A stretch of DNA of 64,000 bases from Promethearchaeota archaeon (GTDB lineage: Archaea; Asgardarchaeota; Lokiarchaeia; Sigyniarchaeales; SOKP01): the NCBI GenBank assembly GCA_019058295.1, contig JAHPZI010000026.1, forward strand, positions 1-64,000, written 5' to 3'. This document shows, piece by piece, positions 49,730-60,059 of the stretch (position 1 is the first letter of the stretch; each line of letters starts with the position of its first letter). A model generated the notes under the pieces. It was not told the origin of the DNA. It was given only the letters and a program-made list of their open reading frames with translations, and did not search any database. Both the position numbers and the translations under genes were made by a program.

Positions 49730-51196
49730 ATGATCTATAAAAGCGATAAAATGTCGGATGACGAAGAAGAGGAAAAAAACAGCAAAACAGAAAAGGATGT
49801 GGAGAAAGTAGATAAGGAATTCTTATCGAAAGCTAAAAATTCAAGAGATATGATTGATAAAAAGTTGAGAACATTTGAAAACACGATAACAGATATTTCA
49901 AAGACTAAGGAGGATAAGGATAAAAACAGAGAAGAGGACAAAAAAGAAAAACCTCAAATTCAAGGAGATCTAAATGAAGTACAGAGTCAATTTGAATCCA
50001 TTTCAAAAAAAATAGATGACAAAAAGGACTATTTATCGGCTTTAGAAGTAAAAATTGCTGCGCTTGAAGAGAGTTATAATCGAAAAAATGAAGAAAATAT
50101 CAATATAGAAGAACAGTTAAAAATTACTAGAGAAAGTAAAGAGACTTTAGATGAGGAATATAAAGAACTATTGAGAAATAACGAACAATTAGTAAAAACA
50201 TATGAAAATAGACAAGTCGATCTAATTGTTCTTACAGACAGTATCAAGGAAAAAGTTACAGCTCAAGACGATCTAAGAGCAAAGATTGCGAAATTAAACA
50301 AGGAAGTTGAGGAAAATGAAAACAATCTTGTTAAGCAAAGAGAAGAAGCGGAAATGATTGAGCAAAAATTAAAAAGTCTTAGAACTGAGAACGATTCTCT
50401 TAAAGTATCAATTGATAAAAATAAAATTGAATATCAACATATTGAAAAATTAGCTGAGGCAAAAGAAGAAGAATTAAAGTTATTAAACGAACAATTAGAC
50501 AAAAAAGAAGATAGAATAAAAGAGATTGAGGCACTGCTAAAGGAATATAGCGAAGGATTTCCTGAAAAGGAAAAACAAAAGCAAACATATGACGAACTTC
50601 TTGAAAAATATAAAGTTCAACTTACGGAGAAACAACAAGATTTGATTGGTATTGAATCACGACTACAATCATTAAATGAAACAGTAGAATCTCTTGAGGA
50701 ACAGATTTCTAAGAAAACTGAAGCAATTGAAGTAAGTGAGAAAAGATTAACAGATATTAAAAATGCAATTGAAGATTCAACAACAGAATATAATGAACGA
50801 GAAGAGCGCCTTGTTGCTACAACTGAGAAGTTAGAAACTTTTAAAGAAGAATATGATAAATTGGTTAAAAATAAGGAAGTAATTGAGGAAAGTATCAAGG
50901 ATTCTCGAGAACTCTTTCAAAAATTAAAAACAGAATTAGATGCTCAAGAGAAGGAGATAAGAGATAAAGAATCAAGAATTTCTCGATTGGGTTTTATGTC
51001 AACTATATTTAGGATTTCTAAAGTTTATGGGGGGCTAATTATTGGATTAGGATTTATTCTTATAATAATAAGTATTGCATATCTCCTTAATATCATGAAT
51101 GTTGGACCAGGAACTAATTTCATGAGCTTTTTAATATTAATAATAGCTGCTGGAGCTATAATAGCTTCAGGTTTGCTACACTATGTAAAATCTTGA
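49730..51196 (+). CDS. Long coiled-coil protein with two C-terminal TM helices (likely start 49751)
   Basis: ~400 aa E/K-rich heptad region, no P-loop, two hydrophobic helices at the end. Confidence 0.88.
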   Translation: MIYKSDKMSDDEEEEKNSKTEKDVEKVDKEFLSKAKNSRDMIDKKLRTFENTITDISKTKEDKDKNREEDKKEKPQIQGDLNEVQSQFESISKKIDDKKDYLSALEVKIAALEESYNRKNEENINIEEQLKITRESKETLDEEYKELLRNNEQLVKTYENRQVDLIVLTDSIKEKVTAQDDLRAKIAKLNKEVEENENNLVKQREEAEMIEQKLKSLRTENDSLKVSIDKNKIEYQHIEKLAEAKEEELKLLNEQLDKKEDRIKEIEALLKEYSEGFPEKEKQKQTYDELLEKYKVQLTEKQQDLIGIESRLQSLNETVESLEEQISKKTEAIEVSEKRLTDIKNAIEDSTTEYNEREERLVATTEKLETFKEEYDKLVKNKEVIEESIKDSRELFQKLKTELDAQEKEIRDKESRISRLGFMSTIFRISKVYGGLIIGLGFILIIISIAYLLNIMNVGPGTNFMSFLILIIAAGAIIASGLLHYVKS

Positions 51197-51273
51197 GAAA
51201 AGATTAATTTTTAGCTACTTTATAATTAATGATTAAATAGAAAAATTAATTATTGATACAGTTGTAAAAAGGT

Positions 51274-53181
51274 TTGACCGAGAAAGACGCCGAGGAAATA
51301 ATAACAGAACTATCTGAAAAAAAATATGGTATAAAAGCAGGAATTTTATACGGTGTCGGGTGCGGAATTGGAGGTTCTATATTTATATTATTAGGTACTG
51401 GAATTGATTTAGCAGGACCAGGTGTTTTAATTAGTCTTATACTTGGTGGTGTTCTGATTTTACTGATTGCACTCAATTATTCTGAACTTTCAATCAGTTT
51501 ACCAGTTTCTGGTGGAGCCTATAACTTTGGTAAGGAAGGTCTCGGGGGATTTTCAGCATTTATCATCGGGTTTTTTTTATGGATTGCTAATATTGCTACA
51601 TGTTCTTTTTCAGCCCAAATACTAGCTCTCATAATTGTGATCTTTTTTCCTTTTTTAAATGAATCTATTTTCATAATAACGATCTCTGTTCTTTCTATTC
51701 TATTTATCACTATTGTATTTTTTAGAACTCAAAGATTTGCGGTACGAACGCTAATAATTCTAACACTCATATTAATAGTAATTATCTGTATATTTATCAT
51801 ATCAGGTCTTTTTATTTCTCCAATCACTAATCCTTCTGGTTATAATCCGAATTATATATCTACAAAAACAAACATTTTTGGTGTACTATTGATATTTGCG
51901 CTTCTTTTTATTTTCTTTACTTCAATAACTTCAAACTTAGCATATTTTAATCCAGATTTGAAAAACCCTTCAAAAAATATCCCCGTTGTTAATATTTTAG
52001 CAATTTTATTAACTCTAATAATTTATATATCGATAACATTAGTCGTTTTGATAAATCTTGGTAATATATCAGGAAATATTGGGGAGTCGCCAATCTTATT
52101 AGGAGAGATCTTATATAATATTTTGGGACCTTTTGGATTTTATCTCATGGGTATCGCAGCAATAATTTCAATTTTAATTGCTATGAACGCAGCCGTAGGT
52201 TCAGGTATCAGTGTTTTTCAAGCATTAGCAAGAGATCATTATATACCTAACGCTTTTCTAAAAAAAGGTAAAAAAACTGATTTACCTGTATATTCATTGA
52301 TTGTAACTACGATTGTAGCAATCGTGTTCACAATTTTTGCGGAAATTTATGCAGGAATTGGATTTACTGCCGGTATTACAGGTTTTATCTATTTTGTTGG
52401 ATTAGCATTTGTTAATTTAGCTGCCGTGTATTTAAGATATAAAAGGAAAGAATTAGATCGTCCATTTAAAGCACCTTTTTTCCCCTTCTTACCTATAATA
52501 GTAGCTATAACGTGTTTAGTTCTGGCCGTTTTTTTATTCATTTTAGAACCAGCTGCTTTTATATTAGGTTTGATTATTCTCGCAATAGGACTAGTCTATT
52601 ACATGATAATCATAGCTGATCGATATTCTCTCGTTATGACATTAGCAGGAATTAAAGTACTATGTGTAATTGTTGTAGGGCTCTTTATTTGGATTATTAA
52701 TAATGTAAGTATATTAAGTTTTGAGTTATCAGGATTAGGTAATATCTTTTCCAGTGTTTTGTTGCGAATCTTAATTATAATTTGTATAATAATTATTGCT
52801 ACAATTATACTGGATATAGTTCCTCTAAGAGAATTATTATTTTACTTTACTAGAAAATTAGATAGGAAAAAAGTCGCTATAGATCTTGGTTTTGGACAGA
52901 TAATTGAATTTGATAAGACTAAAGTTAAAATAGTTTACATAGTAAACTTAATAATTGCATTATCGGAAATCTTTTCGGCGCTCTTTATCTTTTTTATTGT
53001 CTACTTATTTGGAATGAATTATGTTTCTATAGTACAAATAAAATTAGGAGATATTATAATACAACAAGTAATGGCAGAATATTTCTTAGTAGCAATTTTA
53101 GTTTTTTTCGCAAGCAGTCTCTTAATAAGTGGAGTTATAATGGTATATATTAATAGAGAAGTTTTAGTTCTTGGAATGTAA
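51274..53181 (+). CDS. APC-superfamily amino acid permease with extra C-terminal TM helices
   Basis: IGGSIF, AGPG, YSEL....PVSGGAY, KNPSKNIP, LARD, RPFKAPF. Confidence 0.92.
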   Translation: MTEKDAEEIITELSEKKYGIKAGILYGVGCGIGGSIFILLGTGIDLAGPGVLISLILGGVLILLIALNYSELSISLPVSGGAYNFGKEGLGGFSAFIIGFFLWIANIATCSFSAQILALIIVIFFPFLNESIFIITISVLSILFITIVFFRTQRFAVRTLIILTLILIVIICIFIISGLFISPITNPSGYNPNYISTKTNIFGVLLIFALLFIFFTSITSNLAYFNPDLKNPSKNIPVVNILAILLTLIIYISITLVVLINLGNISGNIGESPILLGEILYNILGPFGFYLMGIAAIISILIAMNAAVGSGISVFQALARDHYIPNAFLKKGKKTDLPVYSLIVTTIVAIVFTIFAEIYAGIGFTAGITGFIYFVGLAFVNLAAVYLRYKRKELDRPFKAPFFPFLPIIVAITCLVLAVFLFILEPAAFILGLIILAIGLVYYMIIIADRYSLVMTLAGIKVLCVIVVGLFIWIINNVSILSFELSGLGNIFSSVLLRILIIICIIIIATIILDIVPLRELLFYFTRKLDRKKVAIDLGFGQIIEFDKTKVKIVYIVNLIIALSEIFSALFIFFIVYLFGMNYVSIVQIKLGDIIIQQVMAEYFLVAILVFFASSLLISGVIMVYINREVLVLGM

Positions 53182-53183
53182 TA

Positions 53184-53912
53184 ATGGACTTCCCGAAAAT
53201 AAATTTACATACTCATTCAGTTTTTTCCGATGGAAAAAATAGTATTAAACAGATGGTAACCGTAGCACTTAAATTAAAAATAAACTATCTTGCTATTACA
53301 GACCATTTTTCAGATTCTTGGAAATGTAAAATAATACCTACTCTAAATACAGCTGAAAAAATTGAGGACTACTTAATTAAAATTGAAAATTGCCAGAGCT
53401 ATTTAAAAACCAACAATAAAAATCTAAGACTTTTTAAGGGAATTGAAATAGATCTAGGAAGCTCAGAAAAGGTAATAAAGAAATTTATCAGACCTGAACA
53501 TTTTGATATAATTTTATTTGAGTATTTAGAGACTCCTGAGGGCATGGCTTATGTTAGAAATATAATTGAATACTGGAAAAACTTAAAACCTGTTAATAAT
53601 AAGTTTCCAATATTAGGATTAGCTCATTTTGATCCTTCTAATTTTATCTATCAAGGTTTAGATTCATTAATATATTTTCTCAAAGAGTTTAACATTTATT
53701 ATGAATTTAACTCAAGTTATTATGAATGCTTCTCTAGAAAAAATGAATTATTTTTTAAGAAATTAAAAGAACATAAGATATATGTAGCGATAGGAAGCGA
53801 TGCCCATAATTTAAATGGGTTGGATTTTATTGAAGAACCATTAAAAATGATTGAAATTTATAATCTCGAGAATAATTTTAAACTTTTTTTAGAAAGATTG
53901 AAAAATATTTAA
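53184..53912 (+). CDS. PHP domain phosphoesterase
   Basis: HTHS.FSDG, ITDH, GIEID, LAH, GSDAH. Confidence 0.92.
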   Translation: MDFPKINLHTHSVFSDGKNSIKQMVTVALKLKINYLAITDHFSDSWKCKIIPTLNTAEKIEDYLIKIENCQSYLKTNNKNLRLFKGIEIDLGSSEKVIKKFIRPEHFDIILFEYLETPEGMAYVRNIIEYWKNLKPVNNKFPILGLAHFDPSNFIYQGLDSLIYFLKEFNIYYEFNSSYYECFSRKNELFFKKLKEHKIYVAIGSDAHNLNGLDFIEEPLKMIEIYNLENNFKLFLERLKNI

Positions 53913-54044
53913 TAAAGGGAAAATTGGCAATTTAATCTGAAAATATAAAATTAAAATTACTAAAATATTGATGTAATTTTTTCAACCTGAAATTTACAAA
54001 ATAAAACAACTTTCCTTTTATTTATTGTAATCTTAGCTACCATT

Positions 54045-54626
54045 TTATACATTAATCCATCTATGTCTAAATCTTCGTTTGGTGTCAGGTTTTTCAATAA
54101 AAGGTTTATCAAGAAATTCTGTTACTATTTGACCAAGTTTCTTGCATGTTGCCATTGATCCAAAGAAAAAATTTCTTTTTCTTGAATTTTGGAATATAAA
54201 AGCTAAAGCATAACCACCACCACCATCATAGCTAGAAGAAACTTCTTTAATTTCATGAAATTCAATTATTTCCGTTGTTTTAAATCGACGAGATTTGTTA
54301 TTAAACATTACTTTTTTTGATTGATTATCAAAAAGAATTTCTCTTTTTCGCTTATAACCGTATATAAATAAACCTAATGGAACAAATGTTATTAGAGAAA
54401 AAAATGGAAAAATTAATAATAAATAAGATAACTCAAAAAACATTGCAATCCCACTTGATAGATATCCAAAAATTAAAAAGAAAATTATGAATGGAAGACC
54501 AAATAAAAAGAAGACTTTTATTGCTAATAAAATTTCATGCCAAACATCATAACTAATTATTAACTCTTTCTCAGTCTTTGAAAGTTCCCAGTAAATCTTT
54601 AACCATTCCTCCTGATTATTTTCCAC
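54045..54626 (-). CDS. Two-TM membrane protein with C-terminal soluble domain
   Basis: Two hydrophobic helices; GAGGGTG SD before GTG. Confidence 0.7.
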   Translation of the reverse strand: MENNQEEWLKIYWELSKTEKELIISYDVWHEILLAIKVFFLFGLPFIIFFLIFGYLSSGIAMFFELSYLLLIFPFFSLITFVPLGLFIYGYKRKREILFDNQSKKVMFNNKSRRFKTTEIIEFHEIKEVSSSYDGGGGYALAFIFQNSRKRNFFFGSMATCKKLGQIVTEFLDKPFIEKPDTKRRFRHRWINV

Positions 54627-54648
54627 TTTGCACCCTCAACTTATATTT

Positions 54649-55074
54649 TTATTTTGAAAATGATAAATTAACCGTTCCATTCATAACTCTTATATTATTT
54701 ATTTTTTCAACTTGATATTCACAATGTACAACTTTTCTATTATCTTCATGCTTAATATCAATAATTTTTCCATTAAATATTATTTCATCGTTAGGATAAA
54801 CTGGATTCTCAAATTTAATCGTTATACCGGATAAAGCATTTATGTTACCATCAATCCAATCAATAATCCATTTAGGAACGAAAGAAAACAAAAAATTCCC
54901 AGCTATAAGGATATCATCATAACCCAATCGATGAACATATAATTTGCTAAGATGCATAGGATTGATTTCTTTTGCTAATTTGTTGTATTGTTTATAGGTT
55001 TTTTTTTCCATTTTAACTTTGAAAGATGGAATCTCTTGTCCTATTTCTATTTCTTTTGTTATCATTATAAACAC
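54649..55074 (-). CDS. MaoC-like hot-dog dehydratase
   Basis: EINPMHLS...G...I.IAG, IKFENPVYPND. Confidence 0.85.
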   Translation of the reverse strand: MFIMITKEIEIGQEIPSFKVKMEKKTYKQYNKLAKEINPMHLSKLYVHRLGYDDILIAGNFLFSFVPKWIIDWIDGNINALSGITIKFENPVYPNDEIIFNGKIIDIKHEDNRKVVHCEYQVEKINNIRVMNGTVNLSFSK

Positions 55075-55089
55075 TTCCTATTTGACTTT

Positions 55090-55581
55090 CTATAATTTGA
55101 AAAAACAATCATGATTATCTACAGCGTAAATAATATTGTTTTCATCTAAAACAGATAATTTAAAAACAATATTATAATAGACGCCTTTTTTACCAGATTT
55201 TTTAATCGGCTCTGATAATTCCGTTTTGATTTTATATTTTTTATTCATTGTCATTGGTTTAAAGAATTCAATTTCTGAACCTACATGTATAAATGCCTTA
55301 ACTAATTTTGAGAATAAATGTGGACCACCTTTAGTAAGAATAAGTTGAACTAACGGATTCGTTAAGCTCGTCATATAACTTGGGGGGATAACTTTACCCT
55401 CAAATCCTGCTTTATTTGCCGCTATATTGTCAAGATAAATTAAATTATCATCACCAATCAAATCACAGAATTTTGTTATCTCTTTATCATCTGGTTTAAA
55501 TTCGTAAAATCCTATTTCTTTTACATTTTTTTTTAACTGTCTGTTAAGTTCTTCTACTTTCGATATGTTATTTTCTGCCAT
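55090..55581 (-). CDS. MaoC/FAS1-like dehydratase N-terminal partner
   Basis: I.KFC..IGD.N.IY.D..AA..AG......PP, IHVGSEIEF.KP. Confidence 0.85.
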   Translation of the reverse strand: MAENNISKVEELNRQLKKNVKEIGFYEFKPDDKEITKFCDLIGDDNLIYLDNIAANKAGFEGKVIPPSYMTSLTNPLVQLILTKGGPHLFSKLVKAFIHVGSEIEFFKPMTMNKKYKIKTELSEPIKKSGKKGVYYNIVFKLSVLDENNIIYAVDNHDCFFKL

Positions 55582-55664
55582 AGTAATAGTATTCTTGGAA
55601 ATTTTTAATGATATATATGTTTTTTTTAAAATCTTAGTCCTCAGAAAAAAAAGTGGAATATGAA

Positions 55665-56201
55665 TTATAGAATAATAATAACTTGATAATAATCAAGAAT
55701 TATTAAACCCAAAAATCCTAATTCTATTAAGAGCCAGATATTCCGTTTTAAATTCCTTACTACTTTTAATCCCTTACCACTATAACTGATTATATTGTAA
55801 ATAAACATCAATATCCAAGCTAATAAAAGAATTACAACGGGAAGGATCAATGCCATAATATGTCCATCAGTAAAATCTATTAAATACTTATAACCAAGAA
55901 TAACAAATCCAATTATAACAAACGTAAATCCAAGCCCAAATGTATATTCCGCAAAGTTTATAAATCTCTTTATTTTCTTTTCAGATATTTCTTCAAATTG
56001 AGATTCATAATGCGCTCTTGAATTTGCGGTTACTGAATTAATAAATAAAATAAAAGCCATCATTAACAAAAAAGTTACAGTTATTATCCCATGTTTAGGT
56101 TTGAATTGCCAAATTAAAGCAAGTATCGTTAAAAGAGCGCCAATCATAGTTGTGGAGAGAACAATCCAGTCTTTTACATTTACTTCATCTTCTTTTGCCA
56201 T
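55665..56201 (-). CDS. Five-TM membrane protein of unknown function
   Basis: Hydrophobic helices; GAGGT SD before ATG. Confidence 0.75.
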   Translation of the reverse strand: MAKEDEVNVKDWIVLSTTMIGALLTILALIWQFKPKHGIITVTFLLMMAFILFINSVTANSRAHYESQFEEISEKKIKRFINFAEYTFGLGFTFVIIGFVILGYKYLIDFTDGHIMALILPVVILLLAWILMFIYNIISYSGKGLKVVRNLKRNIWLLIELGFLGLIILDYYQVIIIL

Positions 56202-56308
56202 TTTTTTACCTCAAAATTATTACTTAATTAATTAATTGCTTACAAAAACTTTAGATTTATTACTTATAAAAGTTTTGCGATGTGTTATAATCGTTATCAA
56301 CTATAAAA

Positions 56309-57112
56309 TTGAAATATTCATTATCTTTTTATAATCGCATTTTTTTAGTTTATATTATGGAATTAGAAGAAAAAATTGAATTAGCTGCAAAATGGATAGC
56401 TGAGTCAAAGAACTTAGTAATTTTTACAGGTGCGGGAATTTCGACAGGTAGTGGATTACCGGATTATAGAGGTCCAGATGGCGTATGGACTAGACGAGAT
56501 AAAGGCCTCCCTCCCCCAAAATCACCACCGTGGGATCAAGTAAAACCTAATCAGGGACATTTCATCATTCTAGAATTATTAAAAATGGGAAAACTAGATT
56601 TTGTTATTTCTCAAAACGTTGATGGACTACATGCGAAATCAGGAATTCCCTTTGACAAACTTGCTGAGCTCCACGGGAATATGTACTTCATGAAATGCCT
56701 TGAATGTGGCAAAAAGATGACATTCGAAGATGCAGGTTGGGATAAAAATAAATGGGGTAAAGGCTATAGAACTAATCGTGTTCATAATGGTCAACCAACA
56801 TGCCCAAACTGTGGAGGAAGGCTAATTTCAAGCATAGTTAATTTTGGGGATCCTTTACCGGAAGACGAATTATACGAATCAATAAAAAGATCTCAGCAAT
56901 CTGATGTATTTTTTGTGATAGGTTCCTCCTTAGTTGTTACCCCAGCAGCAAACATGCCAGAGTACGCAAGAAGAAGTGGTGCAAAATTAATTATTTTAAA
57001 TATGGGAGATACTCCTTATGATAGCGTGGTGGACCTAAGATTCTTTAATAAAATAGAAGACATACTTCCTCCAATCTTTGAAAAAGTAAAAAATATAATT
57101 AATTCAAGTTAA
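56309..57112 (+). CDS. cobB: Sir2 family NAD-dependent protein deacylase (likely start ATG 56357)
   Basis: TGAGIST.SG.PDYRG, SQNVDGLH, ELHG, CxxC...CxxC, FGD.LP, GSSL.V.PA. Confidence 0.95.
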   Translation: MKYSLSFYNRIFLVYIMELEEKIELAAKWIAESKNLVIFTGAGISTGSGLPDYRGPDGVWTRRDKGLPPPKSPPWDQVKPNQGHFIILELLKMGKLDFVISQNVDGLHAKSGIPFDKLAELHGNMYFMKCLECGKKMTFEDAGWDKNKWGKGYRTNRVHNGQPTCPNCGGRLISSIVNFGDPLPEDELYESIKRSQQSDVFFVIGSSLVVTPAANMPEYARRSGAKLIILNMGDTPYDSVVDLRFFNKIEDILPPIFEKVKNIINSS

Positions 57113-57114
57113 AT

Positions 57115-58782
57115 TTATTTCAATTTAGCAAAAATTTTTTTGCTTCTATCAACTTCTTTGAGAATTCTTCTTCCTTCTTTATTAGATAATGATAAATTAA
57201 TTTCACTATTTCTGCTTAAGGATCCCGTAAAAATTTCCTTCTGGTCGGCGAAAACTTTAATATTTTGGCTAGCAAACCTTGGAGCTGCTTTTAATATAAC
57301 TTTATCTTTTTTTATTATTACATCAAGCTCAATTCTTTCCTTATTTGAACTTACTCGTTTAAAAGTGGATGATTTTTTAAAATCAAGTGAAGAAGCTTTT
57401 GAAAGTTTTGATTTTTGTGGATTAATAGGATTTATGACGACATCTTGCCCAAAAGAATAAATTTCGAAAGCAAGTTGTCCTGAATTGAAATCTCTAACTT
57501 CTACAACAGGTCTGGCGAGATCTTTATCCCTAAAACCATGAGGTACTTTTACCGTCATTTTTATTATTAAAACTGTCGAAATGTCGCCCCCCTCTATAAA
57601 TATAATTGTATCTATAATAGAAGGAAGCATTCCAAGTTCGATGCGGCCAATAAATCTTTGGATTGCATCTATCGCGGATGAAGAGTGTACAACGCCAACC
57701 ATACCAACACCAGATAACCGAAAATCTGAATATATTTCAAAATCTTTTGTGGTTCTTACTTCATCAAAAATAGTGAAATCAGGTCTTACTAATAAAAGAA
57801 TATCTGCTGAATTTTCAAGATTACCCTCTAATTTAGTATATTGAGTAATTTCTGGTTTAACTTGTAAATCTCTCACACTTTCTAAAGTTTTAACTACTTT
57901 ATTCTGACCTAAATAATAATTAGCTAGTGCTGCAGAAAAAGTCGATTTACCTGCTCCTGGAGATCCGCAAACTAATATTCCCTCTGCGGTTTGCAATCTC
58001 TTTTGTAGTCTGGCATCAATTGAATAATCTGACAGTGTTAAGCTAACTAATGGATGAGTAGCTGTTATTTCAACATCAGTAGAAAATGGTGGACGTGTTA
58101 TTACTATTCTAAATTCCCTTAATTGTGCGACTACTGCGCCTTCTCTTTCTATTTCTATAAACGAATGTTCGTCTTCTCTTACATTTTCAATTATCTCAAG
58201 GGCAATATCTTCTATTAGTTTATTGCCAATAGGCTCAGAATCAATTTTTACTAAGTGCCAATCACCAGGAGAACCTTTCTTTGCATAAGGTGGTAAATTT
58301 CGTTTAAGATGAACGCTCATGGTTGATTCATCAAAATAATCGAATATCTTAAGTTTAAGAGGTTCTTCTTTAAGGGGTGGTTTTTTTTCCCATGCAAACA
58401 ACACTTCTAATCCTTCAAAAATACCAATATCTCCTTGAATTCTATCAGCCGTAATTAATACTGCATTGTTTTCTAAGGCTGATTTTCGGATTAGCGCATC
58501 AAGCTCCCCGCCCGGACTCATTTTTATTTCTTCCCTCGTTGGACGGCTTCCAATGATTTTCAAATTAATTTTTTTCTCATTATGAAGCTCACGCAATTTT
58601 TTTAATACATTGAGACCATAAAATCCTATCTCCTTCTGAATATTTGTACGATATTCAACTTCTGCAATTACGATATTAGAAATAATGATTTCTGGATGAT
58701 CTCCCAATTCTCCGTCTTCGATTAGACTTAGAATCTGACCATTGAATATGACTGATGTATCGCAAGCAAATTTATCTGGCAT
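57115..58782 (-). CDS. PIN-domain ATPase (archaeal PINA)
   Basis: PIN (DTSVI, V.AE.E, D, TAD), GSPGAGKSTF, ESVRDL, RPD.TIFDEVR, GVGMVGVVH. Confidence 0.92.
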   Translation of the reverse strand: MPDKFACDTSVIFNGQILSLIEDGELGDHPEIIISNIVIAEVEYRTNIQKEIGFYGLNVLKKLRELHNEKKINLKIIGSRPTREEIKMSPGGELDALIRKSALENNAVLITADRIQGDIGIFEGLEVLFAWEKKPPLKEEPLKLKIFDYFDESTMSVHLKRNLPPYAKKGSPGDWHLVKIDSEPIGNKLIEDIALEIIENVREDEHSFIEIEREGAVVAQLREFRIVITRPPFSTDVEITATHPLVSLTLSDYSIDARLQKRLQTAEGILVCGSPGAGKSTFSAALANYYLGQNKVVKTLESVRDLQVKPEITQYTKLEGNLENSADILLLVRPDFTIFDEVRTTKDFEIYSDFRLSGVGMVGVVHSSSAIDAIQRFIGRIELGMLPSIIDTIIFIEGGDISTVLIIKMTVKVPHGFRDKDLARPVVEVRDFNSGQLAFEIYSFGQDVVINPINPQKSKLSKASSLDFKKSSTFKRVSSNKERIELDVIIKKDKVILKAAPRFASQNIKVFADQKEIFTGSLSRNSEINLSLSNKEGRRILKEVDRSKKIFAKLK

Positions 58783-59377
58783 TAAAATCAGAATCTATAT
58801 CCTTATTCATAATTTGAAATTTCTTAACATTATAATAAATAGGCTTACTTAATCTATCCACTGTTGCAACAATTAGTTCCTTGCGAGAACTCAGAGCAAC
58901 TTTAGACATTTTATCTAAATCTCTTAATTCAATTGGACTTCCCTCAAAAACGGGAAAAATCAAATATTTTGCAGAATCTTTTTCATAATCCGCACCTCGA
59001 TTATAAACTCGAAATTCAATTCCATCGCCATATCCCGTACGAACAATATACCCTCTCTTTCTTAAGTCCATGTAAATAATGTACTTATGCCATAATCTAT
59101 CGTCAAATTGAGTAAAATAAGTTAATAAATCTTCAAAATCGTGTTGCTTTTTAGTTTTATCATTATCTTCCCATAATAAAATTCTATTTCTTTCGCAAAG
59201 AAGTAGCGTTTCGACTGGAGCTAATATTAAAATTTCTTTTTCTTCTGTTGTTTTTTCAACATTACCTATGTATGAATTTTTATAAAATTCTTCAATTCCT
59301 TCAAGATCCGAAATTACAACTTTATCTTGTTCTATAGCACCTTCTATTTGAATCTTCTCATCAGATTTTTCTGTCAT
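58772..59377 (-). CDS. endA: tRNA-intron endonuclease subunit, possibly non-catalytic
   Basis: L...E.L.L, Y.DLRKRGYIVRTG, FRVY, RKELIVA.VD. Confidence 0.88.
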   Translation of the reverse strand: MTEKSDEKIQIEGAIEQDKVVISDLEGIEEFYKNSYIGNVEKTTEEKEILILAPVETLLLCERNRILLWEDNDKTKKQHDFEDLLTYFTQFDDRLWHKYIIYMDLRKRGYIVRTGYGDGIEFRVYNRGADYEKDSAKYLIFPVFEGSPIELRDLDKMSKVALSSRKELIVATVDRLSKPIYYNVKKFQIMNKDIDSDFNAR

Positions 59378-59474
59378 AACCTAATTTATAATTATATTTT
59401 CTAATTAATGAATTTAACCATTCTAAGGCTTTTTAAGAAAATTAAATTAGTGTAGAATATTATGGAATTTAATT

Positions 59475-60044
59475 ATGAAGGATTTACTCGAAACCATTTT
59501 AAATAAATTAAATGGTGCTTCAAAAATCATTTTCATTGGAGTTGGAGAAGTGAAATTAAACGATGATGGAGTAGGACCATATATTATAAGTGAACTTTTA
59601 TCATACTCTAATGAAAACTTCCTTTTTATTAATGCTAGTACCGATCCAATGGATAGAATTGATGAAATCGTAGATTTTAATCCTTCACATATAGTAGTTA
59701 TAGACACTTGTACATATAATGGTCCACCTGGAACTGTAGCGATATTAGAACGAGAAAATATGTGTGATTATGTACCTATTTCAACTCATACTATACCGCT
59801 CTCTGTTGTAATTGATTTATTAGTAGAACGATTGCCAAATGCGGAGATTTTCATGATTGGATTAGTTCCAGAAGATTTAAAGGGTTTTACCCAATTAACC
59901 CTCTATAAAGAGAACGAATTATCCCTTGATGATTACTCTGAGAATATCGATTTGCCTTTTTTTAATTTTAATTTATCAGACACTATTAAAGATGTAGCAG
60001 ATAAACTAATAGATATAATAAAAAAAATTACTGAAAAAATATAA
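59475..60044 (+). CDS. Hydrogenase maturation protease (HycI-like)
   Basis: GVG....DDGVG, VVID, PGTV, STHTIP. Confidence 0.88.
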   Translation: MKDLLETILNKLNGASKIIFIGVGEVKLNDDGVGPYIISELLSYSNENFLFINASTDPMDRIDEIVDFNPSHIVVIDTCTYNGPPGTVAILERENMCDYVPISTHTIPLSVVIDLLVERLPNAEIFMIGLVPEDLKGFTQLTLYKENELSLDDYSENIDLPFFNFNLSDTIKDVADKLIDIIKKITEKI

Positions 60045-60059
60045 ATTATTTTTTAGACT

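Noticed and set aside
49730-51196. SMC/Rad50 call for the coiled-coil protein
   Set aside because: No Walker A/B, signature motif, hinge or zinc hook.
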